From an uncultured Gemmatimonadales bacterium (GTDB lineage: Bacteria > Gemmatimonadota > Gemmatimonadetes > Longimicrobiales > Gaopeijiaceae), in NCBI GenBank assembly GCA_963823035.1, contig CAWGKG010000023.1:64001-128000 (forward strand): DNA of 64,000 nt. The letters are read 5' to 3'. This document shows, in pieces, positions 10,968-24,000 of this stretch; the first letter of the stretch is position 1, and every line of letters begins with the position of its first letter. Made by a program: the position numbers and the translations under genes. Under the pieces are notes generated by a model, which saw nothing but the letters and a program-made list of their open reading frames with translations, had not been told where the DNA came from and searched no databases.

Positions 10968-12475
10968 CTATCGGCCTCCCGGTGTCCGGTAGCTCGCGTC
11001 GTTCCAGCGCAGCTCGTTCTTGAGGCCACGCAGCGTGGTGTCGGCGTCGATGACGATCAGCTCGACGCCGTTCATCTCCGCGAAGTCCTCCAGATGCTCC
11101 GTGGTCAGCGCCTGGCTGAGGCCCGTGTGGTGGGCGCCGCCCGCGAGGATCCACCCCGTGGCCGCGACCTCGAGGTCGGGGCGCGCCAGCCAGAGCGCCC
11201 GCGCGACGGGGAGCTTCGGGAGCGGCTCGTCCGTCGGGATCACGTCGACCTCGTTCACCACCAGGCGGAACCGTCCGCCCACGTCGATCACCGAGGCGTT
11301 CACCGCCGGCCCGGGGCGCGTGTCGAAGACCAGGCGGACCGGGTCCTCCTTGCCGCCGATCGACAGCGGATGGACTTCCAGCGACAGCGCACCCGTCGCG
11401 ATCGACGGGACAGACCTCCAGCATGTGGGCGCCGAGCACCTTCATCGCGCCCGCGGCCATGTGGTAGGTGTAGTCCTCCATGAAGGACGTGCCACCCTCC
11501 AGCCCGGTCGCCATGACCTTCATGGCCCGCAGCAGCGCGGCGGTCTTCCAGTCGCCCTCCGCGCCGAAGCCGTATCCGTCCGCCATCAGCCGCTGGACGG
11601 CCAGCCCGGGCAGCTGCGCCAGCCCGTGCAGGTCCTCGAAGGTGGTCGTGAACGCCCGGAAGTCGCCCTCCTCGAGGAAGCGGCGCATGCCGGCCTCGAT
11701 GCGGGCGCCGTCGCGCAGGGACTCGTGCCGCGCGCCGCCGGGACGCAGCTCCGCCGTCACCTCGTACCGCTCGACGTACTCCGCGACGAGCGCGTCGACC
11801 TCGGTGTCCTTCACCGCGTTCACCCGCGCCACCAGGTCGCCCACGCCGAAGCCGTAGACGTCGTAGCCGAAGCGGATCTGTGCCTCGACCTTGTCACCCT
11901 CGGTGACGGCCACGTCGCGCATGTTGTCGCCGAAGCGCGCGATGCGGGCCGTGCGGGCGTCGTGACGCGCGCAGGCCGCGCGGGCCCACGTGCCCAGGCG
12001 GGCACGCACGACATCGTCCTGCCAGAACCCGACCACGACCTTGCGGTTCAGACGCAACCGGCTGCCGATGAAGCCGAACTCGCGGTCGCCGTGCGCCGAC
12101 TGGTTCAGGTTCATGAAGTCCATGTCGATGTCGGCCCACGGGATCTCACGGTTGTACTGCGTGTGCAGGTGCACGAACGGCTTGTCGAGCGCCTGCAGCC
12201 CGGCGATCCACATCTTCGCGGGGGAGAAGGTGTGCATCCACGTGACGAGACCCACGCACGCATCGTCGGCGTTGGCGTCCAGGCAGAGCCTGCGCACGGC
12301 GTCCGGGGTGGTGAGGACGGGCTTGAACACCACGTCGACGGGGATGGCGCCCTGTCCCGGACAGCGATGCCGCCATCTCGCGGGCGTGCGCGGCCACGGT
12401 TTCCAGAACCTCGGGTCCGTAGAGGTGCTGGCTGCCCGTGACGAACCAGACTTCGAGCTTGGTGAGATCGATCAC
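10968..12475 (-). CDS. araA: L-arabinose isomerase; frameshifts near 12350 and 11405
   Basis: [91 protein letters not shown]. Confidence 0.92.
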
Positions 12476-12753
12476 GATGGGGGTCCCTGTGGTTCCCGTG
12501 TGAGGTCGAAGCGGTCGGAGCAGGTGGCCGCGGATCTTTCCTTCCCGAGCGCCATCTTGGCGCCCCCGCGCCAGCGGATCAAGGAGCGGGCACATCTGAT
12601 ACATCAATCGGGGTGCCGCCGGATCTGCATGCGGGGGCGTTCCTTCGGCGCCAGGCGGCGGCGTGCGTCCCCGGGACCTCCCGGCGAGGACGAGGGTGCT
12701 CATCGGACGGAGGGGTCGCGTGGCGATCCCCGCCCCGAACGAGGGAGCGGCGC

Positions 12754-13725
12754 ATGGCGAAGGCGATCAGGTTCCACGAGACCGGCGGGCCGGAGGTGCT
12801 CCGCCTCGAGGATATCGAGGTCGGCGACCCCGGCCCCGGCCAGCTTCGCGTCCGGCACACCGCCGTCGGGGTCAACTTCATCGACACGTACCAGCGCACG
12901 GGGCTCTACCGGGTGCCGCTGCCCCAGGTCGCCGGCAGCGAGGCGGCCGGTGTGGTCCAGGCCGTCGGCGCCGACGTGGACGGCTGGGCGGTCGGGGATC
13001 GCGTCGCGTACACGGGCGTGCTCGGCGCGTACTGCGAGGCCCGCCTCGTTCCCGCGGAGCGCATGGTGAGGATCCCCGACGACATCTCCGACGAGCAGGC
13101 CGCGTCCATGATGCTCAAGGGGATGACGGTCGCCTACCTCATGCGCCGCACGTACGCGGTGGAGGCGGGCGAGACCGTGCTGTGGCACGCCGCCGCGGGA
13201 GGTGTAGGGTCGATCGCCTGCCAGTGGCTGCACGCCCTGGGTGTCACGGTGATCGGCACGGTGGGCACCGACGACAAGGCGGAGCGCGCACGGTCGCTCG
13301 GCTGCGACCACCCGATCGTGTACACGCGTGAGAGCTTCGTCGACCGCGTCGTGGAGCTCACGGGCGGTGCGAAGCTCCCCGTGGTCTACGACTCGGTCGG
13401 CGCCTCCACCTGGGAGGGCTCGCTCGACTGCCTGCGCCCGCGCGGCCTCATGGTGTCCTTCGGCAACGCATCCGGCGCCGTGCCACCGGTGAGCATCGGG
13501 ATCCTCGCGTCGAAGGGATCGCTCTACCTCACGCGCCCCACCCTGGGCACGTACATCGCGACGCGGGAGGAGCTGGAGGATACGGCCGCCGCCCTCTTCG
13601 CCGTCGTCCGCGCCGGCAAGGTCCGGATCGAGCCCGCGAGCCGGTACGCGCTCGCCGACGCGGCGCGGGCACACCGCGACCTGGAGGGGCGCAGGACCGT
13701 GGGGTCCGTGATCCTCGTGCCGTGA
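12754..13725 (+). CDS. qor: NADPH:quinone oxidoreductase (zeta-crystallin/MDR family)
   Basis: MAKAIRFHETGGPEVL, GVNFIDTYQRTGLY, HAAAGGVG, VYDSVG, SFGNASG, KGSLYLTRPTL. Confidence 0.88.
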   Translation: MAKAIRFHETGGPEVLRLEDIEVGDPGPGQLRVRHTAVGVNFIDTYQRTGLYRVPLPQVAGSEAAGVVQAVGADVDGWAVGDRVAYTGVLGAYCEARLVPAERMVRIPDDISDEQAASMMLKGMTVAYLMRRTYAVEAGETVLWHAAAGGVGSIACQWLHALGVTVIGTVGTDDKAERARSLGCDHPIVYTRESFVDRVVELTGGAKLPVVYDSVGASTWEGSLDCLRPRGLMVSFGNASGAVPPVSIGILASKGSLYLTRPTLGTYIATREELEDTAAALFAVVRAGKVRIEPASRYALADAARAHRDLEGRRTVGSVILVP

Positions 13726-13747
13726 TCCTCGTGCCGTGAGCCCCGTG
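13706..13747 (+). repeat. 14-bp tandem repeat (ccgtgatcctcgtg twice plus a degenerate ccgtgagccccgtg) spanning the qor stop codon
   Basis: Read directly from the sequence. Confidence 0.75.
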
Positions 13748-13928
13748 GCTTGCGCGTGGCCCCCGCCGGCGGGATCGTAGAGGCGGGACGTCGTCCGGCG
13801 GGCGGTGCTCCTCCGGCTCGTCGCCCCCCAGAACGAACACCTCGGTCGGGGCAACACCTGCTCGGCCTGGCCTGCGCGGACGAGGCACGCCGTCCCGCGG
13901 CGGTCGGGCCAGGTGACCCGGAGATCCC

Positions 13929-16059
13929 ATGGCACACGCTCGCCCGTACCCTTCGCCCGCCCTCCTCCTCCTTCTCCTCACCACCGCCTGCTCGGACCGG
14001 CCGTCCGCTACGATGTCCACGCAGAATCCGCTCCTCGAGCCCAGCACCCTCCCCTACGAGGCGCCCCCCTTCGACCGCATCACGGAAGCCGACTACCAGC
14101 CCGCGATCGAGGCCGGGATGGCCCGCCAGCGCACGGAGATGGACTCGATCGCGAAACAGGCGGCCGAGCCCACGTTCGACAATACGATCGTCGCCATGGA
14201 GCGCTCGGGCCAGCTCCTCGCCCGCGTCATGCGCGCCTTCAACGCCGTCACCTCCGCGAACACGGACAGCGTGCTCCAGGACGTGCAGGCCGAGGAGGCT
14301 CCCAGGCTGGCCGCCCACTCGGACGCGATCTACCTGGACCCCGCCCTGTTCGCGCGCGTGCGTACGCTCTACGAGCAGCGCGCGGCCCTCGGGCTCGACA
14401 GCGTCCAGCGCTTCCTGGTCGAGCGCTACCACCGCGACTTCGTGCGCGCCGGCGCCGAGCTCGACGACAGCGCCAAGACCGAGCTGCGCGCCCTCAACGA
14501 GGAGGAGTCGCGTCTGGCGACCCGCTTCCAGACGGAGCTGCTCGCCGGCCGCAACGACGCGGCCGTGGTGGTGAAGGACTCCGCCGAGCTGGCCGGCCTG
14601 AGCTCCGCGGAAGTGTCGGCGGCGGCCGACGAGGCCACGGCGCCGCAAGCTGCCGGGAGCGTGGGTGCTCGCGCTCCAGAACACGTCGCAGCAGCCGGTG
14701 CTCGCGTCGCTCCGCGACCGCGCGCTCCGCGAGCGCGTGATGGAGGCATCGCTGGGACGCGGGCAGGGCGGCGCCCACGATACGCGCCCGATCGTGCAGC
14801 GCCTGGCACAGCTCCGGGCCCGCAAAGCGCAGATCCTCGGCTATCCCACCTGGGCCGCGTACGTACTCGACGACCAGATGGCCAAGACCCCCGCGGCCGC
14901 GCAGAAGCTGCTGACGAACATGGTGCCGGCCGCGACCGCGAAGGCCCGGGGCGAAGCCGCCCGCATGCAGTCGATCGTGGACGAGGAGGGCGGTGCCTTC
15001 CAGCTCGCGTCGTGGGACTGGCAGCGCTACGCCGAGCAGCTCCGCAAGCGGGAATACGACCTCGACCAGGCCGAGGTGCGCCCCTTCATGGAGCTCGACC
15101 GCGTGCTCCGGGACGGCGTGTTCTTCGCGGCGCACCAGCTCTACGGGCTGACCTTCCAGGAGCGGCACGACATCCCGGTGTACCACCCGGACGTGCGCGT
15201 CTTCGAGGTGTTCGACGCCGACGGCTCGCCCATGGCCCTCTTCTACGCCGACTACTTCCAGCGGCCGAGCAAGAGCGGAGGCGCGTGGATGGACGCCCTG
15301 GTGGAGCAGTCCGGGCTGTTCGACACGAAGCCGGTGGTCTACAACGTCTGCAACTTCACGAAGCCCGCGCCCGGTCAGCCGGCGCTGCTCGGATTCGACG
15401 ACGTCACCACGATGTTCCACGAGTTCGGCCACGCGCTGCACGGGATGTTCTCGGACGTCCGCTACCCCACCCTGGCGGGCACCAACGTCCCGCGCGACTT
15501 CGTCGAGTTCCCGTCGCAGTTCAACGAGCACTGGGCGCTCGAGCCGAGCGTGCTGGCGAACTACGCCAAGCGGTGGGACACGGGTGAGCCGATGCCCGCC
15601 TCGCTCGTGGACAAGATCCGCAGGTCCTCGACGTTCAACATGGGGTACGCCACCACCGAGTACCTCGCGGCCGCCCTGCTCGACATGGCATGGCACACCC
15701 TCCCGCCCGCAGCTCCGCCCCAGGACGTGGTCGCGTTCGAGGCGGACGCGCTCCACCGCTTCCGGGTCGACCTGGCGCAGGTGCCGCCCCGCTACCGGAC
15801 CACCTACTTCTCGCACATCTGGGACGGCGGCTACTCGGCGGGCTACTACGCCTACATGTGGAGCGAGGTGCTGGACGACGACGCCTACTACTGGTTCCGC
15901 GACAACGGAGGGATGACGCGCGAGAACGGACAGCGCTTCCGCGACATGATCCTCAGCCGCGGCGGCAGCGAGGACGCGGGCGCGATGTACCGGGCCTTCC
16001 GGGGTCGCGATCCGAGCGTGCAGCCGCTGCTGGAGGAGCGCGGGCTCACGGGAGGGTGA
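13929..16059 (+). CDS. dcp: M3 family metallopeptidase (peptidyl-dipeptidase Dcp-like) lipoprotein; frameshift near 14650
   Basis: Lipobox LTTAC; NPLL..STLPYEAPPFD, KSGGAWM, MFHEFGHALHG zinc motif, RDFVEFPSQ, GYSAGYYAYMWSEVL. Confidence 0.88.
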
Positions 16060-16077
16060 GGGCCGACCGCGGGGGCG

Positions 16078-16752
16078 TCAGGGGACGCGAACGGTGTCCT
16101 CGAGGATGTGGCGGATGCTCTCGGGTCCGCGGACCATGCGGTGGAAGTTGCCGATCCACGACTGCCAGAGCAGCACGGACCCGGCGATCATGAGCGCCGC
16201 GGCCGCGCCGACCATCACGCGCCGGTACCAGTGGTCGGGGAGCCGCTGGTGCCCGAACGACGCGGCGCGCGCGATGCCCACGTAGACGCCCACGAAGACG
16301 ACGATGAACGCTCCGAAGAAGGCGACGGCATGGCCCACGCCGTGGTGGTACGCGCTCAGCACGAGGGGCGAGCCCACGAGGAGCCAGAACACCCAGGGCG
16401 ACGGCGACAGGACCGCCACCATCATGCTCTCGAGCGTCCTGCGGCGGGAGCTGATCGTGGGCTCGTCGACCGGGTTCTCGCGCGACTCCTTGAACGTGCG
16501 GGCCGCCAGGAAGAGGACGAACAGCCCTCCGACGATGCCCATCCAGCGGAGCGCTCCGTCGGGCAGCTTCGACAGGATCAGCGCCGACACGATCATCACC
16601 GCCGTCTCGGATCCGAGCGGGACCACCGCGATGCGGAAGCCCGCCCAGAAGCCGTGGCGGAGCGCCGTCACGGCGATGAGGGCCGTGAACGGACCGGGGA
16701 CGACGCCCGAGAAGAGGCCGAGCAACGTCCCCAGGACAAGCGTTCGGATCAA
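16078..16752 (-). CDS. LysE-family translocator
   Basis: Hydrophobic protein with VPGP motif in TM1 and LSPSPWVFW motif; about 6 TM helices. Confidence 0.65.
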   Translation of the reverse strand: MIRTLVLGTLLGLFSGVVPGPFTALIAVTALRHGFWAGFRIAVVPLGSETAVMIVSALILSKLPDGALRWMGIVGGLFVLFLAARTFKESRENPVDEPTISSRRRTLESMMVAVLSPSPWVFWLLVGSPLVLSAYHHGVGHAVAFFGAFIVVFVGVYVGIARAASFGHQRLPDHWYRRVMVGAAAALMIAGSVLLWQSWIGNFHRMVRGPESIRHILEDTVRVP

Positions 16753-16962
16753 GTTCGGATTCGCTCGACTCGGCTGGGGGGCACGATCCGATCAGCCCGG
16801 GCTCCGCGCGGGGAGCCCGTGTCGGAAAGGCGGTCGTCGCCCGGAAAGAAAGAGCGTACGGGCGCGAAGCGCCACCCGTGTGTGCACCGGACACACCGCC
16901 GGAGGGTATCCCTCGACCGACGCAGATGGCCCGAGTGGACCCGCGCAGCGAAGGAAGTCCCG

Positions 16963-18417
16963 ATGAAGATCGAGCCCGAGATGGTGGGTCGGACCTACGA
17001 CGACTTCCTCTTCCGCCCACGCAAGGGCGTGGTCGCCACGCGGCGTGAGGTCGGCTTGACCTCGCCCCTGGCGCGTGGCATCACGGTGGAGCTTCCCGTG
17101 GTGTCCGCCAACATGGACAGCGTGACCGGCTCGGCGATGGCGGAGACGATGGCGCTGGAGGCGGGGATCGGCATCATCCATCGTGCCATGTCGATCGAGG
17201 CGCAGGTCCGCGAGGTCGAGCGCGTGAAGCGGAGCCACGGCTTCGTGGTGGACGAGCCCTTCCGCGTGGCCCGGGGAACGCGACTCGGTCAGGCGCGCGA
17301 GCTGATGCGGCAGCGCGGCACGAGCCTCCTCGTCGAGGAGACGGAGGGGAGCGGCGTGCTGGCCGGCCTCCTGTCCGCGCGCGACATTCCCTGGTTCGAC
17401 GGAGACGACGACGCCCCCGTCGAAGCGTACATGACGCCCTTCTCCGAGCTGCGCACCGGGCGACCGGGCATCGGCCTCGATGAGGCGGAGCGGGCGCTCT
17501 ACGAGAACCGCGTCGAGAAACTGCCCCTGGTCGACGACGCGCGCCGGATCCATGGGCTCATCACGAAGCGCGACGTGATCCTGCACCGCCACCGCCCGCA
17601 CGTGTCGAAGGACGAGAAGGGCCACCTGCGGGTCGGGGCGGCCACGGGCGCCACCGGAGACTACGTCGAGCGTGCCCAAGCGCTCGCGGCGGCGGGGGCC
17701 GACGTCGTCCTGGTGGACGTGGCCCACGCCCACTCGGAGGTGATGGGCACCGCCCTGCGGGCGCTGCGCGATCGTCTGCCGGACACCGCGCTCGTCGCGG
17801 GCAACGTCGGCACGGCGGAAGGCGCACGCTTCCTCGCCGACCTCGGCGTGGACGGCGTGAAGGTGGGCATCGGCCCGGGGCGCGGGTGTCGCACACGCAT
17901 CGAGACGGCCGCGGGCGTGCCTCAGCTCCAGGCCGTGCGCGAGGCGTGGATCGAGCTGGGGGACGAGGTGCCGATCATCGCCGACGGGGGCGTGAAGGAC
18001 GACAAGGACGTCTTTCTCGCCATCATGTGTGGCGCCTCCACCGTGATGTTGGGGAGCGCCCTCTCGGGGACGGAGGAGTCACCGGGTCGTGTGATCGAGG
18101 ACCCGGCCACCGGGCAGAAGCTCAAGATCTACCGCGGGATGACGTCACCGCAGGCCGTGATGCAGACGCTGTACGGCTCCGAGGACGCGGCGGTGGACGA
18201 GGCGCTCGAGACGCCCGCCGAGGGGCAGGAGATCCAGGTGCCCTTCAAGGGGAGCGCCGTGGACATCCTCGCGCGCATGCGCGGCCACCTGCGATCCGCC
18301 GTCAGCTACGCCGGGGCGTCGTCGCTCATGGAGGCACGGGCGATGGTGGTGCGCCATCCCATGGAGCATCTGATTCCCCTGTCCGACGCCGCCAAGCGGG
18401 AGTCGTGGGACCGATGA
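16963..18417 (+). CDS. IMP dehydrogenase/GMP reductase family protein with CBS pair (divergent active site)
   Basis: [32 protein letters not shown] (CBS), [50 protein letters not shown]. Confidence 0.8.
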   Translation: MKIEPEMVGRTYDDFLFRPRKGVVATRREVGLTSPLARGITVELPVVSANMDSVTGSAMAETMALEAGIGIIHRAMSIEAQVREVERVKRSHGFVVDEPFRVARGTRLGQARELMRQRGTSLLVEETEGSGVLAGLLSARDIPWFDGDDDAPVEAYMTPFSELRTGRPGIGLDEAERALYENRVEKLPLVDDARRIHGLITKRDVILHRHRPHVSKDEKGHLRVGAATGATGDYVERAQALAAAGADVVLVDVAHAHSEVMGTALRALRDRLPDTALVAGNVGTAEGARFLADLGVDGVKVGIGPGRGCRTRIETAAGVPQLQAVREAWIELGDEVPIIADGGVKDDKDVFLAIMCGASTVMLGSALSGTEESPGRVIEDPATGQKLKIYRGMTSPQAVMQTLYGSEDAAVDEALETPAEGQEIQVPFKGSAVDILARMRGHLRSAVSYAGASSLMEARAMVVRHPMEHLIPLSDAAKRESWDR

Positions 18418-20842
18418 CGCCACGTGCGGCGTGGGCGGCGCTGACGGCGCTGCTCCTTCTGGTCCCGTCGGCCCTCGCCGCCCAGGAAGTGCGTGGCATC
18501 GTCTCCGACGTCGATTCGCGTGTGCCCGTGGCGGGGGCCATGGTCCTCCTGCTCGCGGCGACCGATCAGCCGCTCGTGCGCGTGCTCACGGCGGAGGACG
18601 GCGGGTTCGTCCTGGTGCCGCCGACACCGGGGCGCTTCCGCCTGCGCGTCGACCGCATCGGCTACGCGTCGGTGGTGACCGACCCGTTCGACGTCCAGGC
18701 CGGACAGAGCGTCCACCGCGACGTCGCCACCGGCATCGAGCCCGTGGTGCTCGAGGGGATCGACGTGAAGGGAGCGCGCCGCTGCGAGGTGCGGCCGACG
18801 GAGGGCCTCGCGACCGCGCTCGTCTGGGAGGAGGCGCGTAAGGCGCTGGCCGCCGCGGCGTGGACCGCCGAGCGGGGGATGTACCGCTTCGCGTGGACGC
18901 GCTTCGTGCGCGAGATGGCCCCCGACGGCCGGCGCGTCCTCGAGGAGCAGCGCACGCTCCGGAGGAGGCTTCACCCCGCAGCCCTTCGTGGCCGTGTCCG
19001 CGGACAAGCTCGCCGAGGAGGGGTTCGTCGCCGACGTGGGAGGGGACCGTATCTTCTATGCGCCCGACGCGAACGTCCTCCTCTCGGACGCGTTCCTCGA
19101 CACGCACTGCTTCGCGCTCGACGACGACCGCGCGTCCGAGGGCCTCATCGGCCTCCACTTCGAACCGGTGCGGCGCCGGGGCCTCCCCGACGTCGAGGGC
19201 GTCGTCTGGGTGGAGCGTGCGGGCGCCCGGCTGCGCTCCCTCTCCTACGGCTACGTGAACCTGGGTCGCGACCTCGAGGGCGAGGACGCCAGCGGCGAGA
19301 TCCGTTTCCGGGAGCTTCCGAACGGCACCTGGATCGTCGATGAATGGCGGATCCGCATGCCCCAGGTCGTGGAGCGCCGGGGCGGTCCCTTCGGCTCGGC
19401 TCCCCGCTACGGCGTCCTCGGCTACCGGGACGAGGGCGGAGAGGTGCGGCGCATCGTGACCGCCACCGGCGAGACCGTGCGTGACACCCCGGGGGGAGCC
19501 ACCGTCTCCGGTGTGGTCGTCGACAGCCTGAGCGGGCCCGTGGTGGGCGCGCGCGTCTGGCTCGCGGGCACGGACCGTGAAGCCCGGTCGGACGCCAACG
19601 GGGCCTTCGCCTTCGAGGGACGTGGCGCCCGGGAGCTGGCGCGTCGGCGCCTCCGTTCTCGCGCTGGACACGGTGGGCCACCCGGGCACCTTCCGCGACG
19701 TGGACGTGGGCGCGGCCCCGGTGGGCGACGTGCTCCTCGAGCTTCCATCCGTGGGTCGCACGGTCCTGGCACGCTGCGAGGTGCCACCCACGGAGGACGA
19801 GGGCGTGGTGTACGGCTTCGTGGTCGACGCGACGGGAGCGCCGGTGGCGGGCGCCGACGTCCACGTGCTCTGGACGGAGGTGCACCGCACCGGCCTCCCG
19901 AATGCCTTCCGGCTGAACGAGCGGGGGCTGGGGGTGGTGACGGACGAGCGTGGCGTCTTCGTGTCGTGCGGGGTCCCGATCCGCTACCCGGCGACCGTCA
20001 CGGCGTCGGTGGGGGATCGGACGTCGGAGAAGCAGGAAGCCCGCCTCGGGGAACTCGAGCCCGTGGTCTCGGTGCGGATCGTGCTTCCCGCGGACGCCCC
20101 GCCGGAGGCCGCGAAGCCGAGTGACGCCGAGCACCCCGAGGCGGCCAACGCCGAATCGTCCTGGCTCGCGGAGAAGGGCTTCCCCCTGCGCACCGAGGAG
20201 GCGTTGCTCCACCTGACCGGGGCCGAGGTCCGCCGGCGCGGGCTCGACGCCATCGCGCGCATCGTGGAGGAGCTGCCGAGGGTGGAGGTGCGGACGTTCG
20301 TGACGGGCGCCCACGAGCTCCGCCTGCACGATGCGGCGGGGTGGAAGCTGGGCGATCCGGACGCATCGTGGTGCACGCTCGACCTCTACGTGAACGGGAA
20401 CCTCGCGCGCCAGGGCTCCGGCGACCCCGGCCTGACCCCCGATCGGCTTCTCGACACGCGGCTACGCGACCTCTCGGGCGTCGAGGTGTTCGACGCCGCG
20501 GACGCGCCGGTGGCTCCCCCCGGGGGCTGCGGCGTCGTGCTCCTCTGGTTCTACGAGATGCCGGAACTCGACGTCGACTTCGAGGGACGTCTCTCGGGCC
20601 GGATCACGCTGGCCCCGGACGACGCCCCGGCGAACGGGGTGCTCGTCACCCTCGAGCCGGGCGGCCGGGAGTTGCGGACGGACCTGCGTGGGCGCTTCGA
20701 TTTCGGCCGCCTGCCGCCGGCCCGCTACCGCATCGAAGCGACGCTTCCCGGGTGGGGAACGTGGAGCACGACGGTCCCCGTGAAGGCGGGCGACGACCAG
20801 GACGTGACGATCCGCGTGGAGGTGCGCGGCAGGACACGCTGA
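18414..20842 (+). CDS. Secreted multi carboxypeptidase-regulatory-like (prealbumin-fold) domain protein; frameshifts near 18965 and 19625
   Basis: Signal peptide; repeated VRGIV.D....PVAGA.V / T..DG.F / LRVDRIGY units, with similar units near the C-terminus. Confidence 0.65.
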
Positions 20843-21005
20843 CGGAGCCGTTCGCGCCGGGCGGCGCGGGTGCTCGCGTCCCCCCACGGGAACGGCATCG
20901 CACGGTTGCGGACGGATCCCTCCGACCTGACCTTCAGGGTGCCCTCCCCGGGCGGCATCCTCGCCGCTTCCGCGACCTGTGTCCCCTCGTCCGGATCGAC
21001 GAACC

Positions 21006-24000
21006 ATGCGGATGCATTCCCGGGCTCTCCTGGCCCTGGCGACCCTCGCGGTCGCATCTCCCGTCCACGCGCAGGACTCCCTCTTCACGGCCGCCAACTT
21101 CCGCGGCATGGCGCTCCGCGAGATCGGCCCCGCCATCACCTCGGGGCGCATCGTGGACTTCGCGGTGCGCGCCGACGACCCGGCCACCTGGTTCGTCGGA
21201 TCGGCCGCCGGCGGCGTGTGGAAGACCGACAACGACGGCACCACCTTCACGCCCGTCTTCGGCGACCAGGGCTCGTACTCGATCGGCGTGGTCGAGATCG
21301 ACCCGAGCGACCCGTACGTCGTCTGGGTGGGCACCGGCGAGAACAACGCACAGCGCGCCGTGGCCTACGGCGACGGCGTCTACAAGTCGGTGGACGGAGG
21401 CAGGAGCTGGAAGCGGATGGGCCTCGAGCACTCGGAGCACATCGGCCGCATCCTCGTCCATCCGGAGGACGGAGACGTCGTCTACGTCGCGGCGCAGGGC
21501 CCGCTGTGGAGCGCCGGCGGCGACCGGGGCCTCTACAAGACCACGGACGGGGGCGCGACCTGGACGCGCATCCTCGAGGTGGACGAGAACACCGGCGTGA
21601 ACGACGTCGTGATGGACCCGCGCGACCCCGACGTGCTCTACGCGTCGACGTGGCAGCGGCGCCGCCACGTCTGGACGTACATCGGCGGCGGGCCGGGCTC
21701 GGCGCTCTACAAGTCGACCGACGCGGGTGCGACGTGGACGAAGGTGACCGCCGGCATCCCCTCCGGCGACGTCGGCCGCATCGGGCTGTGCGTGTCGCCG
21801 GCGGATCCCGACTACGTCTACGCGATCGTCGAGACGGGCGACGAGCGCGGCGGCTTCTTCCGCTCCACGGACCGCGGCGGCTCCTTCCAGAAGCGCGGCG
21901 GCTACAGTACGAGCGGGAACTACTACTCCGAGATCTTCTGCGACCGGTTCGACCGCGACCGCGTCGTCGCCATGGACGTGTGGGCCCAGGTCACCGAGGA
22001 CGGCGGTGCCCACTGGGGCCGCTTCGGGGAGCAGAGCAAGCACGTGGACAACCACGCGCTCTGGCAGGACCCGAACGATCCGGACCACTACCTGAACGGC
22101 AACGACGGCGGCGTCTACGAGAGCTGGGACCGCGCCCGTACCTGGCAGTTCAAGGCCAACCTCCCGGTCACGCAGTTCTACAAGGTCGCGCTCGACGAGG
22201 ACCGGCCGTTCTACAACGTGTACGGCGGCACGCAGGACAACTTCTCCCTCGGCGGGCCGTCACGGACCACCAGCCAGCACGGCATCGTCAACGCGGATTG
22301 GGAGATCACGAACGGTGGGGACGGCTTCGAGAGCCAGGTCGACCCGACCGACCCGAACATCGTCTACGCGCAGTCGCAGTATGGTGGGCTCGTGCGCTAC
22401 GACAAGGCCAGCGGCGAGATCGTGCCCATCCAGCCGCAGGAGGGCGCGGGCGAGCCGGGGCTGCGCTGGCAATGGGACGCGCCGCTCCTCATCAGCCCGC
22501 ATGCGCACACGCGCCTCTACCACGCGGCCAACATCGTGTTCAGGAGCGACGACCGCGGCGACTCCTGGCGGGCGATCAGCCCCGACCTGAGCCGCCGGCT
22601 CGACCGCAACACCTTCCCGGTGATGGGCAAGGTGTGGAGCGTGGACGCGGTCGCGAAGAACCAGTCCACGACCATCTACGGGAACGTCGTGTCGCTGGAC
22701 GAGTCCCCCGTGCGGGAGGACCTGCTGTGGGTGGGCACGGACGACGGGCTCATCCAGGTCACCGAGGACGCCGGTGGCGCTTGGCGGCGCATCGAGTCGT
22801 TCCCCGGCGTGCCCGAGCGCACGTACGTGAACATGGTGCTCGCCTCGAGACATGACGCCGCCACGGCGTACGCGGCGTTCAACAACCACAAGAACGGGGA
22901 CTTCAAGCCGTATCTCCTGAAGACCACCGACATGGGGCGGAGCTGGCGCTCGATCGCCTCGAACCTCCCGGAGCGAGGCTCGGTCTACAGCATCGCCGAG
23001 GATCCCGAGGTGCCGGAGCTACTCTTCGTGGGCACCGAGTTCGGCGTCTACTTCACCCGCGACGGCGGCGCCCACTGGGTCGAGCTGACCGGAGGCGGCT
23101 TCCCGACCATCGCGGTGCGCGACCTGGCGATCCAGACGCGCGAGAACGACCTGGTGCTCGCCACCTTCGGGCGCGGCTTCTGGGTGCTGGACGACTACAC
23201 ACCGCTACGCACGGCCACGGCCGACGTCCTGGCGAAGCCGGCGCACATCTTTCCGACGCGCGACGCGCTCGCCTACATCCCGTCGCGTCGCCTGGGCCTG
23301 AACGACAAGTCCTTCCAGGGGGAGGCCTACTTCACGGCCGAGAACCCGCCCTTCGGAGCGGTCTTCACCTGGTGGTTGAAGGACGGCATCCAGACGCTCG
23401 AGGAGCAGCGTCAGGCACGGGAGGCCGCGCGGGAGAAGGCCGGTCAGCCGGTGGCCTACCCCACCTTCGAGGAGATGCGGGCGGAGGACCAGGAGCAGGA
23501 TCCCTATCTCCTCATCACGATCCGTGACTCGGGCGGCGACGTGGTGCGTCGCCTGCGCACTGCCGCCGCGCAGGGGATCCACCGTATCGCGTGGGACCTG
23601 CGCTATCCGCCCATGGCCCCGGTCGACCTCGGACCTCCCGGCGAGCCGAACCCCTTCTCCGAGCCGGACGTCGGCCCGTTCGTGGTCCCCGGCACCTACA
23701 CGGTCTCGATGTCGCGGGTGGTGGACGGCGAGCCGGAGACGCTCGTCGAGCCGGTCTCCTTCGACGTGCGCTCGCTCGACAACGCAACGCTGACCGCCCA
23801 GGACAAGGCCGCCCTCCTCGCCTTCCAGAAGGAGGTCGGCGAGGCCCAGCGCGACATCGTGGCCGCCTCACGGCGGCTGGGCGAGGCGTCCGACCGCCTG
23901 CGTCCCATCACGGAGGCCATCCGCCTCACGCCGTCGCTTCCCGAGAGCACGTTGGCGGAGGTGCGGGCGCTCGAGCGCCGCATCGCCGAGATCCGCATCA

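Noticed and set aside
9244..12333. 1029-aa ORF appearing to fuse AraA to a secreted protein
   Set aside because: Artefact of the frameshift near 11405; AraA's true C-terminus ends at 10968 and the second gene has its own RBS and ATG at 10947
12591..12610. AT-rich TGATacATCA palindrome between divergent araA and qor as an operator
   Set aside because: Too short, no second copy found and no cognate regulator in the window
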